From contig OZ218951.1 of the NCBI GenBank assembly GCA_965112735.1, forward strand, positions 4,650,001 to 4,714,000: 64,000 bases of DNA. The letters are read 5' to 3'. This document shows, piece after piece, positions 22,180 to 35,100 of this stretch (positions are counted from its first letter, which is position 1; every line of letters begins with the position of its first letter). Source of the DNA: Phaeosaccion multiseriatum (Eukaryota; Protista; Ochrophyta, other classes). A program made the translations under genes and the position numbers. The notes below the pieces were generated by a model. It saw only the letters and a program-made list of their open reading frames with translations, was not told the DNA's origin and ran no database searches.

Positions 22180-23668
22180 TGTTCTCATCGTTTCCCTCTC
22201 CCATTGCTTACCCGGCTTGATGAAGCCATCACCAGTGGCCAGAGCGTCACAAAGGTGCAAGCGGCTGTGAGGGCGCTCATCGCTAAAAATCAAGGGAGGA
22301 AGACATGTTTGGACGAACCCGTCAGTGAGGCTGAACACTCTGCCTTGCACTCAGCTGTAGCCGCAGTGACGGGAGCTTTAGCTATTTTGCTGCAAGAGGG
22401 GGCGTCGCCGAATGTTGTCGAGCATACGATGGGCTTCACTGTGTTGAGTGCTGCATATGCGACTAAGGATGCTGCTATTGTGCAAAACCTTCTCTCTGCT
22501 GGCGCTGATGTCGATGGGAAATTCCAAGATGGGATCACGGCCCTCATAGTGGCCGTGATGGTGGTGCAGACGCTGTTGTCCGCCGGTGCAAGGGTGAAAT
22601 TGGCGGACGGTGGTGGCTTCACAGCGTTGATCTTGTCTTCCCGGGAAGGGCATCATGCAGTAATGCAGCAGCTTGTGGATTGGGCAAATAAGGAGGGGCA
22701 TACAGCGCTCCATCAAGCCTCACTTGGAGGGCATAGCAGGGGAGTCCAGCTGCGGCTCTCAGCCGGCGCGGAGGTCGGTAAGACCTGTTAGGTAGGCGGC
22801 ACGGCCTTGTTTTTGGCCTCCCAGCAAGGGTATCATGTGATGGTGCAGCAGCTACTGTCGGCCGGTGCTAATCCCGAACACATGGAGGTGAAGCCCGCAC
22901 CCCTTTGGTAATGGCCGCACAAGGCGCACACCACAGAGTCACGCAGCTTCTGCTCACAGCGGGGGTAAAAGCGAATTCTGCACGCCGCGATGGAGTGTCT
23001 GTGCTTTGTTTAGGTGCGCCAACGGCCAGCAGCAGCTCTTCACAGCCGGCGCTGACCTCGACACCCGTTGTGGTTCGGGAGGGAGAACAGCGTTGATGAT
23101 GGTATGTGCGGGAGGGCACAGAAGTATTGTGCGAAAGCTGCTCAGGGCTGGTGCAGAGGTGAATGCGATCAGTGACGACGGGTTTGGAGCGATACACTTG
23201 GCATCTCACTTTGGCCATGCTCGCGTCGTGGAGGAGCTCATCTGAGGAGGTGCCGATGTGGAGATGCTCGATGTTGAAGGGAACACACCTTTGATGCATG
23301 TTGCTGTGAAGGGCCATGAGGCAGTGATCCGTGTGCTGCTGTCTGCGGGGGCTGATCCTGATAATGAGGGCAATATCTACTGCGGAATGCCCTTGTTTAT
23401 TGCAGCCATGGAGGGCCAGAGCGGGGCGGCACTGGAGCTGCTCTCAGGAGGGGCCTCAGTGTCAAAGACCCTGGTTTTTGCCCGAAGGCTCAGCGATGCA
23501 GTTGTTGAATTCCTGCTGGGCGCGGACACACAGCACTTCGCGTCACAAAGCGCGTAGGACCTGATGCGGGGAACTGATCTTCTCTTTGGCAAGGAACGGA
23601 GGCTGAAAGTGTCGCAGGGAGAGGTGAGCCCTGAGGTGCTGCAGGACGTGGCGGAGGAGATGGCATGA
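22180..23668 (+). pseudogene. Ankyrin-repeat pseudogene (copy 2, paralog of 9780-10690)
   Basis: Ankyrin motifs are spread over ORFs 22012-22791, 22905-23096, 23006-23245 and 23258-23557, with stops at 22789 and 23243 plus frameshifts. Nucleotide similarity to 10130-10660 is visible. Confidence 0.85.
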
Positions 23669-24177
23669 CAAGCTCACGTGTTCATGTACTGGGAAGGATG
23701 CCGGGGAGGGAGACTGGTGATGGCCGGAGCGTCAGGGGCCATCGAAGGAGGGGCGAATGGCCTGCGTAGAGTAAGGAGGCAGCTTCTCGTTGGAGCTGGC
23801 TTTTCGGGCTCTTAGCTAATGCACGCAACCGCAGCCACGGATGGCACCCTATGCCAACTTCTCTCCTCGTCCAGCTCAGCAAGAAGTTGTTTTTCAGCCA
23901 AGAAGTTGTGAGCTGAGTTCAAAGAGAGAGAGGAGAGAGAGTCGAAGAGAGAGTGAGAAAAAACAAAAGAACTCAAACTCAAACTGAATCTGAACCACCC
24001 CTCCCGTCGACCCTCAACCCATTCGCCACGCGGCGGCTCCCGTCGTATATTACTTCACATCTACTGCAGTTCATCCAACTAACAGGATGAGAAGAAACAG
24101 GAGTATCTGGAGAGGCAGGGACAGGAGCTAGAGAGAGATTTTGTCTTAGCAGTTGCTTGTTTCTTTTGGAAGGGAAG

Positions 24178-25699
24178 ATGAAGAGCTTGCTTGTGGGCCT
24201 GGTGAGGGCGTCTAATGCAGCAGCTGTTGGTTGCGCCGTTCGGTGAGTGGCTCTCTCCATGCCAAAGAGAGAGAATGAGCGACATGCCACCCCATGTGGA
24301 GCAACTCTCTTTTCTCTTCGTTTTTTTCGCCTTCACCAAATGCCCCGTCTCCGTCTTGCTCGCTCTCTCTCTTGCTCTCTCGTTCTCTCTCGCACAGAAA
24401 TTGGCACTTCTTCGCGGCGGAGCCTGGGGGAGGCAGGCGACAGAACTTTTTCAAGGTCAGTGAATCTTTTTCCGATACTGCCCGAGCTCAAGTGCCAGGA
24501 CACACACTTGAGGAGAAAGAGGGGCGTGAGAGCGTAAGACAGCGCTCTAAGGACCAGAGGTACCTAACCTCCCCCCCCTTCCCTTCACCTTTTAATCTCT
24601 CATCTTATTCCAGGTGCAGCTGCGGCATTGGCCTCTAACAGGCGATTGGGAGTGTTTACTGTTTGGCGAGAGAATCGCGCAGGGCAAGGTCGGCCCCCTG
24701 GCGGACGCTAACATTGACTGCATGTTGTTGAGCAGAGGAGGAGGAGGAGGAGGAGGAGGGGGTAACCACGTCTACCAGCAGCAGCCGCAGCAACAACAAC
24801 AAGGGGGGGCTGGGAGGCAGCAGGGGCAACCACATAAGATGCGCTTCCTGGTGAGGAGAAGCATGACCACGAGTGGTCTGTGTGCCTACAGGTGAGCGAC
24901 AGCGACGCCGACGGAGGGAGGGAGGGAGGGAGGGAGGTGGTTCGGTGTTGGGATGGAAACGGGTGAAGAAGTCGCACAGTCCTCGCACACACCTCACTCG
25001 CCTGGCATGGCGGAGGGGGAAGAGCGAACGGACGTTCGCGTCCATGTGTTTGTGAGGGTCTGTCTGCCCGTACTCTTTTCCATTACTTCACAGAGAGGGG
25101 GCTTGCGAGCGAGTTGAGTTCCTTCCGCCCTTCCTGCCAGGCGCACCCACAGGGGAGAGAGGGGGGGGGGGGGGGGCAAGTGCAGGGCTGGCGACTGAGC
25201 TATGAGCCATCATTTTGCATCGCTATCGTATAACTTTTGAACTAAGTCTTTCTCCTCTTCGTTCGCCGTGCTTTAACTTCGCCCACACAGCATGCAGCTC
25301 AATGGCGAGAACATGCCAGAAGTCAACCAAATCTTAGGTATGTGTCCTCTTTACTTATTGTCGTGGATGGGGTTGTTCGATGTAGAGGGTGTATGTATAA
25401 AGGGTGCTTCGGAGTATGGGAGCCCTCAACTGATTTTACCATTGTTTGTGATGCAAAGCAGTGATTTCTTCAAAGTACGTCAGTTTTGACGAGTAATCTG
25501 TATTATTTTGTCCCCCCCGCACGCTTGCTTGCCTTGCTGCTGAGTTGCTGCTGCAGCTGAGCTGTTTTGTAGAGTACAGACTTCCTCCTCCATCCCCAGA
25601 ACAAGGCCGAAGCGAATGCGAGACTGCGATGGTCCTCCTCTTTCACTGACTTACTCCTCCTCCTCTCCTTCCTGTCTGCGTGTGTTTTTGTGTGTGTGT

Positions 25700-25743
<44 letters not shown>

Positions 25744-26513
25744 GTGAAGGGGATGGTCCGCTACCCCAATCCGCGGCACTGAAACTGCCGCATCAAGTGC
25801 GTATTACCAACACGCGCAGGCACACGGAGAGGGGAGGGGGCGGGGAGTGGGTCATGTATGAGTGTGTCACCACCCTTGTGTCCGGCTGTGCACCAGTGCT
25901 CGCAGCGGCAACGGCAGAGGCGGAGGCTGCGGCAGCAGCGGCGGCGGGGGAGTGGGCAGGGGGAGGAGGGGGGGGAGGAGGACGAGGACGAGGAGGAGGG
26001 GGAGGAGGAGCTGCTGCTGCAGCAGCAGCAGGAGGAGGAGGTGGTGGAGGAGGAGGAGCACCGCCACCACCTCCACCACCACCACAACCACCTTCCGTGG
26101 GAGGAGGGGGGGCATGGGGGCAAGCTGGGGCTCCAGCCGTACCTCCTCCTTTGGAGCAGCCCGGGGTAGCAGGCGGGATGGGAGGAGTAGCAGGAGGAGA
26201 AGCAGTTGGTGGTACAGCAGCAGCGTCAAGTGGAGGAACGACCATCACGGTGTGGCACCGTTACAGTGATTTTTTGCAGCTGGATACAGACTTGCGAGCG
26301 GCGTTTCAGGGGAGTCATTTGATGACGTCTTTTCCTCTGCTGCCGAGGAGAAAGTCCCTGACAGTGACCAATCACTTTGATGCGGCCTTTGTGGAGAAGA
26401 GAAGACACGCCATCGAGGCGTACATCAATAGGGTGGTGGGCATGCCCAAGCTGAGGGTCAATGTGGATCTTGTCAAGTTCCTGGGCCTGGAGCAGGGGCA
26501 GTCTCTGAGTTGA
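24178..26513 (+). CDS. PX-domain (sorting nexin-like) protein with N-terminal FAIM-like beta domain, multi-exon; start uncertain
   Basis: The last exon has the PX signature VWHRYSDFLQLDTDL...FPLLPRRK...FVEKRRHAIEAYINRVV...LVKFL. Upstream exons (~24398-24455, 24614-24891, ~25291-25337) read NWHFF...FKVQLRHWPLTGDWECLLFG...AYSMQLNG. Confidence 0.75.
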
Positions 26514-27249
26514 CGTGCATCGATGATGAGAGGCGATGTGTGTGGAGTTTGAGTCCAGTTTGCGTCGCTGTGAACCAGCTGTGGGAGGCGGGACGCATTC
26601 ACTCATTCTCGTACTGTGTCACCAACATCACCAATCCCCCGGGTGACCGGTGGAGGGAGTGGGTGGGTTGGGGGGGAAAGAGACCACGAAACACAACACA
26701 CACAAAGAAGGGGACCACACACACACTGGTGTAGAGGAGCAGAGAGTACATACCAAGCGGGGCTGCTTGTTGCCCCCCCCCCCCTGTGGAGGACACTACT
26801 ACGTTCCTTGTGGAGGACAATACTACACTGCTGCAATGGTATTGTGGGGACAATGCTTCAATGGTATTGTGGGGACAGTACTACAATGGTTTTGTCCCAA
26901 TAAATCATGATGTATACTCATGTTTTGGTGTGTTTCACATTCACTTTCCTCCTTAGGGACGGCAGCGCTCGCATCAAAAGTCTTTTGTCCCCCTTCTCCC
27001 GTGCCCCGTAACGTCCTTCTTCTTCCAGTCTTAATTGTGCTTCTTGACTACTCGCTTGGCTTTGCTTGGAGCACGCCTCTGATCTTCATTGCCCCTTAGC
27101 AACCTGCCCACCTACCAACTCACTTCCTTCCTTCCTTCCTTTCGGGTAGGGTTAGCTGGCTGGGGGTAGCTGCCTTCGATCACTTCAGTCCTTTGGAGGC
27201 ACGTCGTTTTGTACAAGCTTCAAGCTTCCTCCTACCTAGCTACTCATCT

Positions 27250-30200
27250 TCAGGCCCACTCCACGGCGATAGGTCCCCCTTCCACGGCCTGCACATAGCC
27301 AGCGTACATGCTCTCACCCCCCTCCTCGCCTCCCTCCTCGGCCCTCTCCGACCGCAAAACCGCCGCAACCCCCTCACTGACGTCGGTGATCTCTTGTCCT
27401 TGCCCTTGAACTTGGCCTTGACTTTGGTCTTGTTGCGGTTGGCGATGTGGTGCTTCGGCGCCACTGCCGGTGCCGCCAGTTCCGCTCGCTCGCCGCCCGC
27501 TGTAAGCTCCCGCTCCACCAGCGGATGCCACGGACAACGCACTTCCTCTTTGTGGACTTGCCCCTCCTCCTGCTCCTCCTCCCCCTACTGCTGCTACTGA
27601 TCCTGCCCCTCTTCCCCCTGCTGCTACTGCTGACCCTCCTCCTCCCCCTCCTCCACCTCCTCCTCCTCCTCCTCCTCCTCCTCCTCCTCCTCCTCCTCCT
27701 CCTCCTCCTCCTCCTCCTCCTCCTCCTCCTCCTCCTCCTCCTCCTCCTCCTCCTCCTCCTCCTCCTCCTCCTCCTCCTCCTCCTCCTCCTCCTCCTCCTC
27801 CTCCTCCTCCTCCTCCTCCTCCTCCTCCTCCTCCCAGCTGTCGCACCCCTCCCTCCCCAATAGGAATGACTCTCCTCTCGGCTTTGCTTCCCCTTCGTTG
27901 CGGTCGCTGCTGCTGCTGCTGCTGCTCTGAAGCATGATGTAGGAGGTCCCCCCCCTCCCTCCGATACGTAGCAGCACCCTTCTTCCCTCCCCCTTCTCCC
28001 CCTCCGCCCTCCCCAAGCATCTCAAGCGGCCTCGGGGAGAGACTGCGAGCCTTGTTTCGTGTGCTTTTCCCTTGATCGACGCCGTAGTTGAAGCTCTTCC
28101 CCGGCCGCACCCCTGCTGGGGGGCAAGGAGAAGGGGAAGCGTGCTGCTGCTGTCTACCCTGTGCATACTCCCCTCCTCCTCCTCCTCCTCCTCCTCCTCC
28201 TCCTCCTCCTCCTCCTGCCGCGTCAGACTGACTCTGATGGTAGTGACCTCCCTGACCATACGTTTTCCCCTCTCTGTCGTCGTCGTCGTCATCGTCGTGA
28301 TCGGCCTTCCGATCCCGCCTCCTGCGTACTACACCGAAGCTCTCGCTTCTTCCCGGAGAGAGACTGCTTGCGTGGTGCCTCGCCTTGGTACCTCTACTGG
28401 CCCCACTGCTGCTAGCCTCTCCCCCCCCTCCTATCTCGCTATTGCTAATAGTAACAGGCTCCGTGCCCACTGCCCGAAGGCTTTGCGCAAAGTCCTTTGC
28501 TAAGAGTACAGGCTTAGCGCCAGGCAGAGTCGATCCAAAGGCCACTGGCACCGCCCCCCCTGACGCTCTCCCTCTTTTGACCCCGGCACCTCCTCCTCCT
28601 CCTCCTCCTCCTCCTCCTCCTTGTCCTCCTCCTCCTCCTCCTTCTCCTGCTACTGCTGCTGGTGGTCCTCCACCTCCTTCTCGTCCTCCTCGTCCTCCTC
28701 CTCCTCCTCCTCCTCCTCCTCCTCCTCCTCCTCCTCCTCCTCCTCCTCCTCCTCCTCCTCCTCCTCCTCCTCCTCCTCCTCCTCCTCCTCCTCCTCCTCC
28801 TCCTCCTCCTCCTCCTCCTCGCCCCCCTCCTCTCCCTCCTCCTCCTTCTCCTCCTTCAACCTGGGGGTCATCCCCGAACGAGCGGCGCGGACTGTTTCGA
28901 TTCGTAGCGGCAATGGTGGTCGTCCCGTACCCAAAGGATCCCCTCCTCGCCACCTCCCTGCCACCGTCCTTCTTTCTCTGGGTAGCTGCATTCAGTCGAC
29001 GCTGTCTCTCTTCTTCCTTCATTTGCAGGAGCTGCTCCTCCTTCCTCTTCATAAGATTCGGAAGGAGCTGCATGGAATGCCCGGAATGCGGCTCAGCACC
29101 GGATAAGTCACCACCACCACTACCATGATGATGATGCTGATGCTGCTGCTGCTGCTGCTGCTGCTGATAATGATGAGCAAGCGGACGAGGACTTGTGGCC
29201 TCCTCCCTCCCCCCCACCCCGACTCCCCTCCCTCCTGACGGCCCGCCGCCGCCGCCGGGTCGTGCAGGTCGCGAGGAGGAGGTAGAGCCTTTGTTGATAC
29301 TACTCCCCTTACCCCCCCTACCACCACCCCCCCCTCTGCCATCACCATCACCACCACCACCACCCCCACCACCCCTGCCTCCTCCCCCTCCCCCCCCTCC
29401 CGGGTGATGTTGGTGATGATGGTACCCCACCGGCCCACCACCACCACCACCGCCGCCACCACCAGTGCCAGTGCCATGGCCGTGATTGTTGCCCCCCGCC
29501 CCACCCGCCCCACGCCCTGCGTGCAGATGATTGCCTCCACGCAGTCCGCTGCTGAAGAACTGGTGCGTATTGGACGCCGACAGTGCGTAAATCTCCCCCT
29601 CCGACCCCGCCGCCGCACCCGCACCGTGTTGGCCGCTGGAGGAATAATCCCCCCCCCCCGCGCCTCCTCCTCCTCCTCCTCCACCACCACCACCACCACC
29701 ACCACCACCACCACCACCACCACCACCGTACTCATGAAGACCAGCAGCGTCGTCCCTGGGATGTCTCTCGCCCGTCTTGTTCAAGTATCGAGGGTGTAAA
29801 GGGGGACCGGGGGGCGGTTGCACATGAGAGGAAGGGTGTACACCTTCCATAGGGGCCACGGCGTCGAGCGCCAGCAGGAAGCGATAGAGGCATGTGAGTA
29901 CTCCAAGGGCGGCCGTTGTGCCTGTCTCAACGGGGATGCGATCCTCGCACAACGGCTTAATGTGCTTGGGGCTTATTTGGAAGTGGAAGCGCTTCTTGAG
30001 AACGTTCTGGATAAAGTTCCAGTTGGACTCCTTGGCGGCCCGGCGAGTGCCCTTGTCCAGAGAGCTTCCCTTGAACTCTTCAGGGAGGTAGTGGGCGAGG
30101 CATTGCCCCACAAGATAGCCGTTGGCTTTGTGTGTGTGAGCGGTGAAGGAGGGAAGGGAGGGAGGGGGGAGGGAGGGATAGAGCGTGAGAGAGAGAGCAA

Positions 30201-31226
30201 CGCTTGATGAATATCTCAAAGGGGAATAGCAGAAACACCGCCTGTGGCTCCGCTGCGGTGCAGTCTGGGCCTCTCGGTCTCTTTTCTCCGTCTCCCTCCT
30301 TCTCCCTCTCCCCCTCCCTCTCCATCCTCTCTCTCTCTCCCACTCGCTCACTCACCCAGCTTGTGCCGGACCTTGTACTCGTCCCCATCGAACTTCTGCG
30401 CAAAGACGTGGCTGGCGAACCAACACACCAAGCTCCGTTCCGTCTCCGACAGCTCCAGCACCGGCGTGGGCGACACCACGCTGCTCCTCAGCGACTGCGA
30501 AAGGGAAGTGCTGGCCTGCGACGCTCCGCCCACTCCCTTGCCTGCAGCTCGTTGCGGCTTAGTGCCTCCCAGCCGCTCGGACAGAGGAAGGGACGGGTCG
30601 TAAGGGGATCTGTATGGAATGGAAGTGTGCTGCACGGAGGGCTGCGCAAAGCCGTCCTCGTCCTCCTCTCCGCCCTCGTCACTCTCCTCGTTGTCGCCGT
30701 CATGTCCACCCCCCCCGCTTCTCCTGTCGCGTCGTCGCTGTGCTCTCTCCTCGAGCTCCTCCTCATCCCACTCTTCGTAGCTATCGCCGAATCTGCTGTT
30801 TCTATCCTCGCTGCTGTTGTCGCTCATCGTCGGACTACTCATTCGACTCACTTGGTCCTCGTCATCAAGGTCACTCTCCCCGAACGCTGTGCCCACAGCT
30901 AATCCATCGCCGCGATCCTTCAACTGATTGGTGTGCCGCTGAATCTCTTCCAGCTTTACAAAGTATTGCGTCAAGGAGACACCATCCGACCCTCTGGTGG
31001 AGTCAGCGTCGCCCGCTCCTGCACCACTCTGAGGACCTCCTGCCCCGCCACTGGCAGCCTTTTCGCCGTTGATGGCACCATCTTTGCCGCCGCCGCCGCG
31101 CTTTCCCCCTGCCCCCTGCAGCTCAGTAGCCCCTGGTGTGCGCCCTGCTGCCCCCTGGTCCAACGCTTCTTCTTTTGGACCCCTCTCCATCTCGCTCCCC
31201 ACTCTCGCCGCCACCACATCGGCCAT
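27250..31226 (-). CDS. Calponin-homology (CH_2 / SPEF1-like) domain protein with long poly-Gly tracts; intron 30126-30355
   Basis: Spliced reading SLVCWFASHVF...KLANGYLVGQCLAHYLP...AAKESNWNFIQNVLKK...LGVLTCLYRFL fits the SPEF1/CLAMP-type CH pattern. The remainder is low complexity. Confidence 0.7.
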
Positions 31227-31651
31227 CTATTGCGGGACCAGTCCAAGAAGACAAAGAAAAATCCCGCTCAAATTCTGCTCTGCGCCGCATAGCTCCGACC
31301 TCCTCCGCTTCCGCCACATCTCTTTCCTTCTGGGTCCTTTTTGGTTAAAGGTGTTCTATTTTGCCTCATGTCCTGCACTCGCCATAACACCAATCTCGCT
31401 AGTATTTTAACCTTGCAGCAACTTGGGAGATTTGAGATTTCGATATCAAATTTCTGTAACGTTCAAAAAACGAAACTCAAACCCACCGGGGTTCCTCTCC
31501 GTCGCCGCTTGCCCACCAAGGGCACTTGCCAAACGATCACCTTGCTTTCAATCGGCTCGTAGCGCGCACAGGAACACGCACGGAGGAGTCTCCAGCAGGA
31601 GAAGGAGGAGTAGGAGAAGCAGAATTCGTAGGAGCGGAGGTGTGGCACACC

Positions 31652-32767
31652 ATGGATGAGCAGAGGGCGCTGCTGGATCAGCTCATGGGCAGAGAGCGCA
31701 ACGTGCCTGAGGACGAGCGAACGAACAGGAAGCGCCGGTTCGACGATGAGGACGTGTGCAAGTTCTTCTTGATAGGGCTCTGTCCGTATCAGCTCTTTAG
31801 CAACACCAAGAGCGACTTGGGGCCGCACCCCAACGGGGAGGAAGATGATGAGGATATGAAAGCCCAGTTCGATGCCTTGGACCCTGCGGAGAGGGAGAGG
31901 TACGTGGCCAAGTACGAGAGGGAGCTGTATCGGAAGGTGGAGGAGCTGGTGAGTCAGTGTGATCGCAAGGTGGAGAGGAACCAGCAGCGAGTCGACTTGG
32001 AGAATGGGGGCTCGACCAATGCCGCTGCCAAGGCTGCGGAGGAGGCCAAAATCAACCGCCTGGTGGAGATTGACAAGCAGATCAACAACAAGACGGAGGA
32101 GAGCGAGAAGCTGGCCGAGGAGGGGGATGTGGACGAGGCACAGGACTTGCTCAATCAGGTGGAGAGGCTGCGGAGGGAGAAGGAGACGGTAGAGCGGGCC
32201 CACATGGCCCGCTCGCACAAGCGAAACATTGTTTGTGACGTCAGTGGAAACATTATGAGTTCGACGGATAATGAGGAGAGAATCCGATGCCATTTTGAGG
32301 GAAAGCAATACCTGGGCTGGAAGGCGTGCAGGGACTTTCTCGTTTCGTACAAGGAGAAGCTGGCCAAGCAGCGAGACTCTTCCTCCTCCTTGTACAGCAG
32401 AGGAGATGAGAGAGACAGCAGAGGAGGAAGAGATGAGGGTAGAGGTGGCTCCCGCGGGCGGGACGACAGGGACAGAGGGCGGGGCAGGGACAGCAGGAGA
32501 GATAGCCGAGACCGAGACTCGTATTATCGCCGAGGGAGGGACGACTACGGAGGGGGAGGATACCGGGGTGGGAGGGGTGGGCGGGACGAGGATGTGGGAC
32601 ACTATGGGCGGCCCTCGAGCTCGAGGGACGACAGAGGAGGAGGGAGGAGCGGCAGAAGGAGTAGGAGCCGGAGCCGGAGTAGGGGCAGGCGAGATTACGG
32701 CAGCTACGGCGGTGGGGGCGGGGGTGGCGACCGGCACGGGTCGTACAGGAGCAGGGATCGCTACTGA
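31652..32767 (+). CDS. LUC7: LUC7-like U1 snRNP-associated splicing factor, intronless
   Basis: MDEQRALLDQLMG, VCKFFLIGLCPYQLFSNTKSDLG, VCDVSG...HFEGKQYLGW, and an RS/RG-rich tail. Confidence 0.93.
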   Translation: MDEQRALLDQLMGRERNVPEDERTNRKRRFDDEDVCKFFLIGLCPYQLFSNTKSDLGPHPNGEEDDEDMKAQFDALDPAERERYVAKYERELYRKVEELVSQCDRKVERNQQRVDLENGGSTNAAAKAAEEAKINRLVEIDKQINNKTEESEKLAEEGDVDEAQDLLNQVERLRREKETVERAHMARSHKRNIVCDVSGNIMSSTDNEERIRCHFEGKQYLGWKACRDFLVSYKEKLAKQRDSSSSLYSRGDERDSRGGRDEGRGGSRGRDDRDRGRGRDSRRDSRDRDSYYRRGRDDYGGGGYRGGRGGRDEDVGHYGRPSSSRDDRGGGRSGRRSRSRSRSRGRRDYGSYGGGGGGGDRHGSYRSRDRY

Positions 32768-33951
32768 GTAGGCTGGCCAGTAGAAGGGGGGCACAGCAAC
32801 AGCAGCAGCAGCGCCAGCAGCAGCAGCAGCAGCAACAGCAGCGACCACCACCAGACGGAGGAGGGGGAGGTACACCCTTGGAGCGAAGAGCGAGGGAAAT
32901 CTCTGGCGGGTGGATGGGTGAGAACCTGACCTTCTCAGCAGCCCACCCTGCCTACTCTTCCCTCCTCTGTCCTCCTCCTCCTCCTCCTGCCTACTGCCTA
33001 CTGCCCACTGTGGAGAGAGAGGCGCAGTACCATTTGACGGGACAACTCGGGCAACAACGAAATCAAGAGGTATGAGCCCACTCGGGCATCAACTGAGTCT
33101 AGAGGTATGAGCACAGCAAGGGCGGGGTGTGGGAACAAAAACGAAGAAGATAGACAGATAGAAAGACAGACAGAGACACAGACAAACACAAGCAGCCAAC
33201 AAAAGTAGTATTTCCCTGTATGTGGAAATAGCGCTTCCCGTAAGACACAACGGAATGGGGGGTGGTTGTGCGGGTGCCGCTCTATAACACCCACTATGCA
33301 CCACGCACGATCGATCACCGGAGCCAGCGAGTGGGTGCCTTTGGGTTTGTGCCTCTCTTCTTCGGCCGCAGGAGGACTGACATGGTCGCTTCACGGATGC
33401 CACTTCACGCGACGGACGAAGCAAGCAAGTGAGACGTGTGCAATGACTGTAATGAGGGAGGGGAAACCTTAGGAAGAGGACGGGCAAAAGGAACATCCTC
33501 CTGGTAGCAGGGGAGGAGGAGAGACACCTTGTCAACCTCTTCAGAAGGCCAGGACATGTGTATGTCGGAAAGTAAGTCGAACCGAAGCATCTACCATGGC
33601 AATTCATTGTCTCCTGTGCTCTTTTTAGCTCGCCTCGCCCCGCCTCGCTCGCTCGCTCACCACATTGTTGTGCGGCAGAGAGCCGCCCCCTTCGTAGCAA
33701 ACGAAGACTGGGGTACACCCAACACCCCCAAAGCACACAGCTGCAGCTGCCGCGCCCCCACCGCCGCCGCCAAGGGAAGAGCAGAAGGCCAAAAGTAAGA
33801 AACGAATCGGTTGCCTGTGTTGCTTCTCTGGATCGCGTATGGTGCTTTGTTGGTTAAGTCATTGGGTGGCTCTTGGTGGTCACGCGCGGCTACCTGCTTG
33901 ACAGGACCATGATGTGTGTGTGTGTGTGAATGTGAGTACGTGTGCGCACCC

Positions 33952-33982
<31 letters not shown>

Positions 33983-34648
33983 GTTTGCGTGTGTGTGTGT
34001 GTTGGGGGGGGGTCCTCTCGTTAGTTTGGGGGGGGTGGTAGTTGGATGTGGCGTGTGGGTCTGTTTTGCTCTCCCTTCCCCTTCCTTTCCCCTGTCACTC
34101 TCCCCAGCCCCCTTCGCCTTGCCGGACGAGGAAGCGAGACGGTCAAACCAGGTGAATCAGTCCAAACCAGTGGCAGTCGGGTAGGCACTTTAGGTGGGGC
34201 GGGGGGGGGGGGGGGTGATGTTTTCATACCTGGTAGCTCCACCCTGCCAAGACGGGTAGGATAAACAAGTGCTTGGAGTGCTAGCCCCTTCCCCTGGCTT
34301 TCTTTCTGTATCAACTCTCCTTAGTATACGATACGGAATTGGGGGTTGATGTGGGCTTGCCTCCCTCCTTGGCCCCAGCCCAAGGCGTAAAAAATATAAA
34401 GATGAAGGGGGGGGGGGGGGAGCGACACCAGGCTTGAGGAGCCACGGCAGAGGAGAGACCTCCTCCCCTTCAGAGGGCGCGCTCTTGCCTGGTGTTGGGC
34501 ATTTCTTCTATATTCATCATCGCATGTCAAATCGTTGTATACTGTTATATACATGTATATACATATAAACATACATATACCCCATGTGTACAATTTCTCG
34601 GTGCAAGTGCATCTTAGTCCTGCGTCTCCCTGAAGTGTTTCTCCCCCC

Positions 34649-35100
34649 TCAAGTCCTTCTCCAACCTCTGTGCTTGTTGCTGGGAGTGGGAAGTGGAGGG
34701 GGAAACAAGTCGAAGGCCGGCAAACCATCCGCACGGCAATTCGCCCAACCCACCTTGTCCGTCATTTGACAGTGAAATTGCGCAAGCTCAAGGAGGACTA
34801 CTGCAGCGTTGACCTTTCCAAAGACTACATTGTTGCACAGATAGGTTCCGCAGTCGCCACAAAACACCTTCTTGGGACCTCCTTCTCGCTGGAACTCTTT
34901 GGGGACTCCTCCGTTGACTACGGTAAATGTCTGTGCAGCCACTGCGGAGTAAGCGATGCCTCCCGTCCACTCTCTGCACCCATTCCAATTGCAGTGGATG
35001 ATTTGCGGCCTGCTGTCTGTGCTGCACTCGAACGCAATAGCCCCACAGTAGCGCTTCCCATGAAGAACGACGGGCTCTTCCTTGGCATCTTCGCCACTGG
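34649..35100 (-). CDS. GFA / CENP-V family protein, degenerate (possibly a pseudogene); start uncertain
   Basis: LHGKRYCGAIAF...HCNWNGCREWTG...VFCGDCGTYL...FH...W...DGLPAFDLFP follows the GFA layout, but two Zn-ligand cysteines are replaced. Confidence 0.7.

Noticed and set aside
31463-32875. 470-aa antisense ORF over LUC7 and similar shadow ORFs
   Set aside because: They are GC-rich codon-bias shadows of real genes and carry no domain signal.
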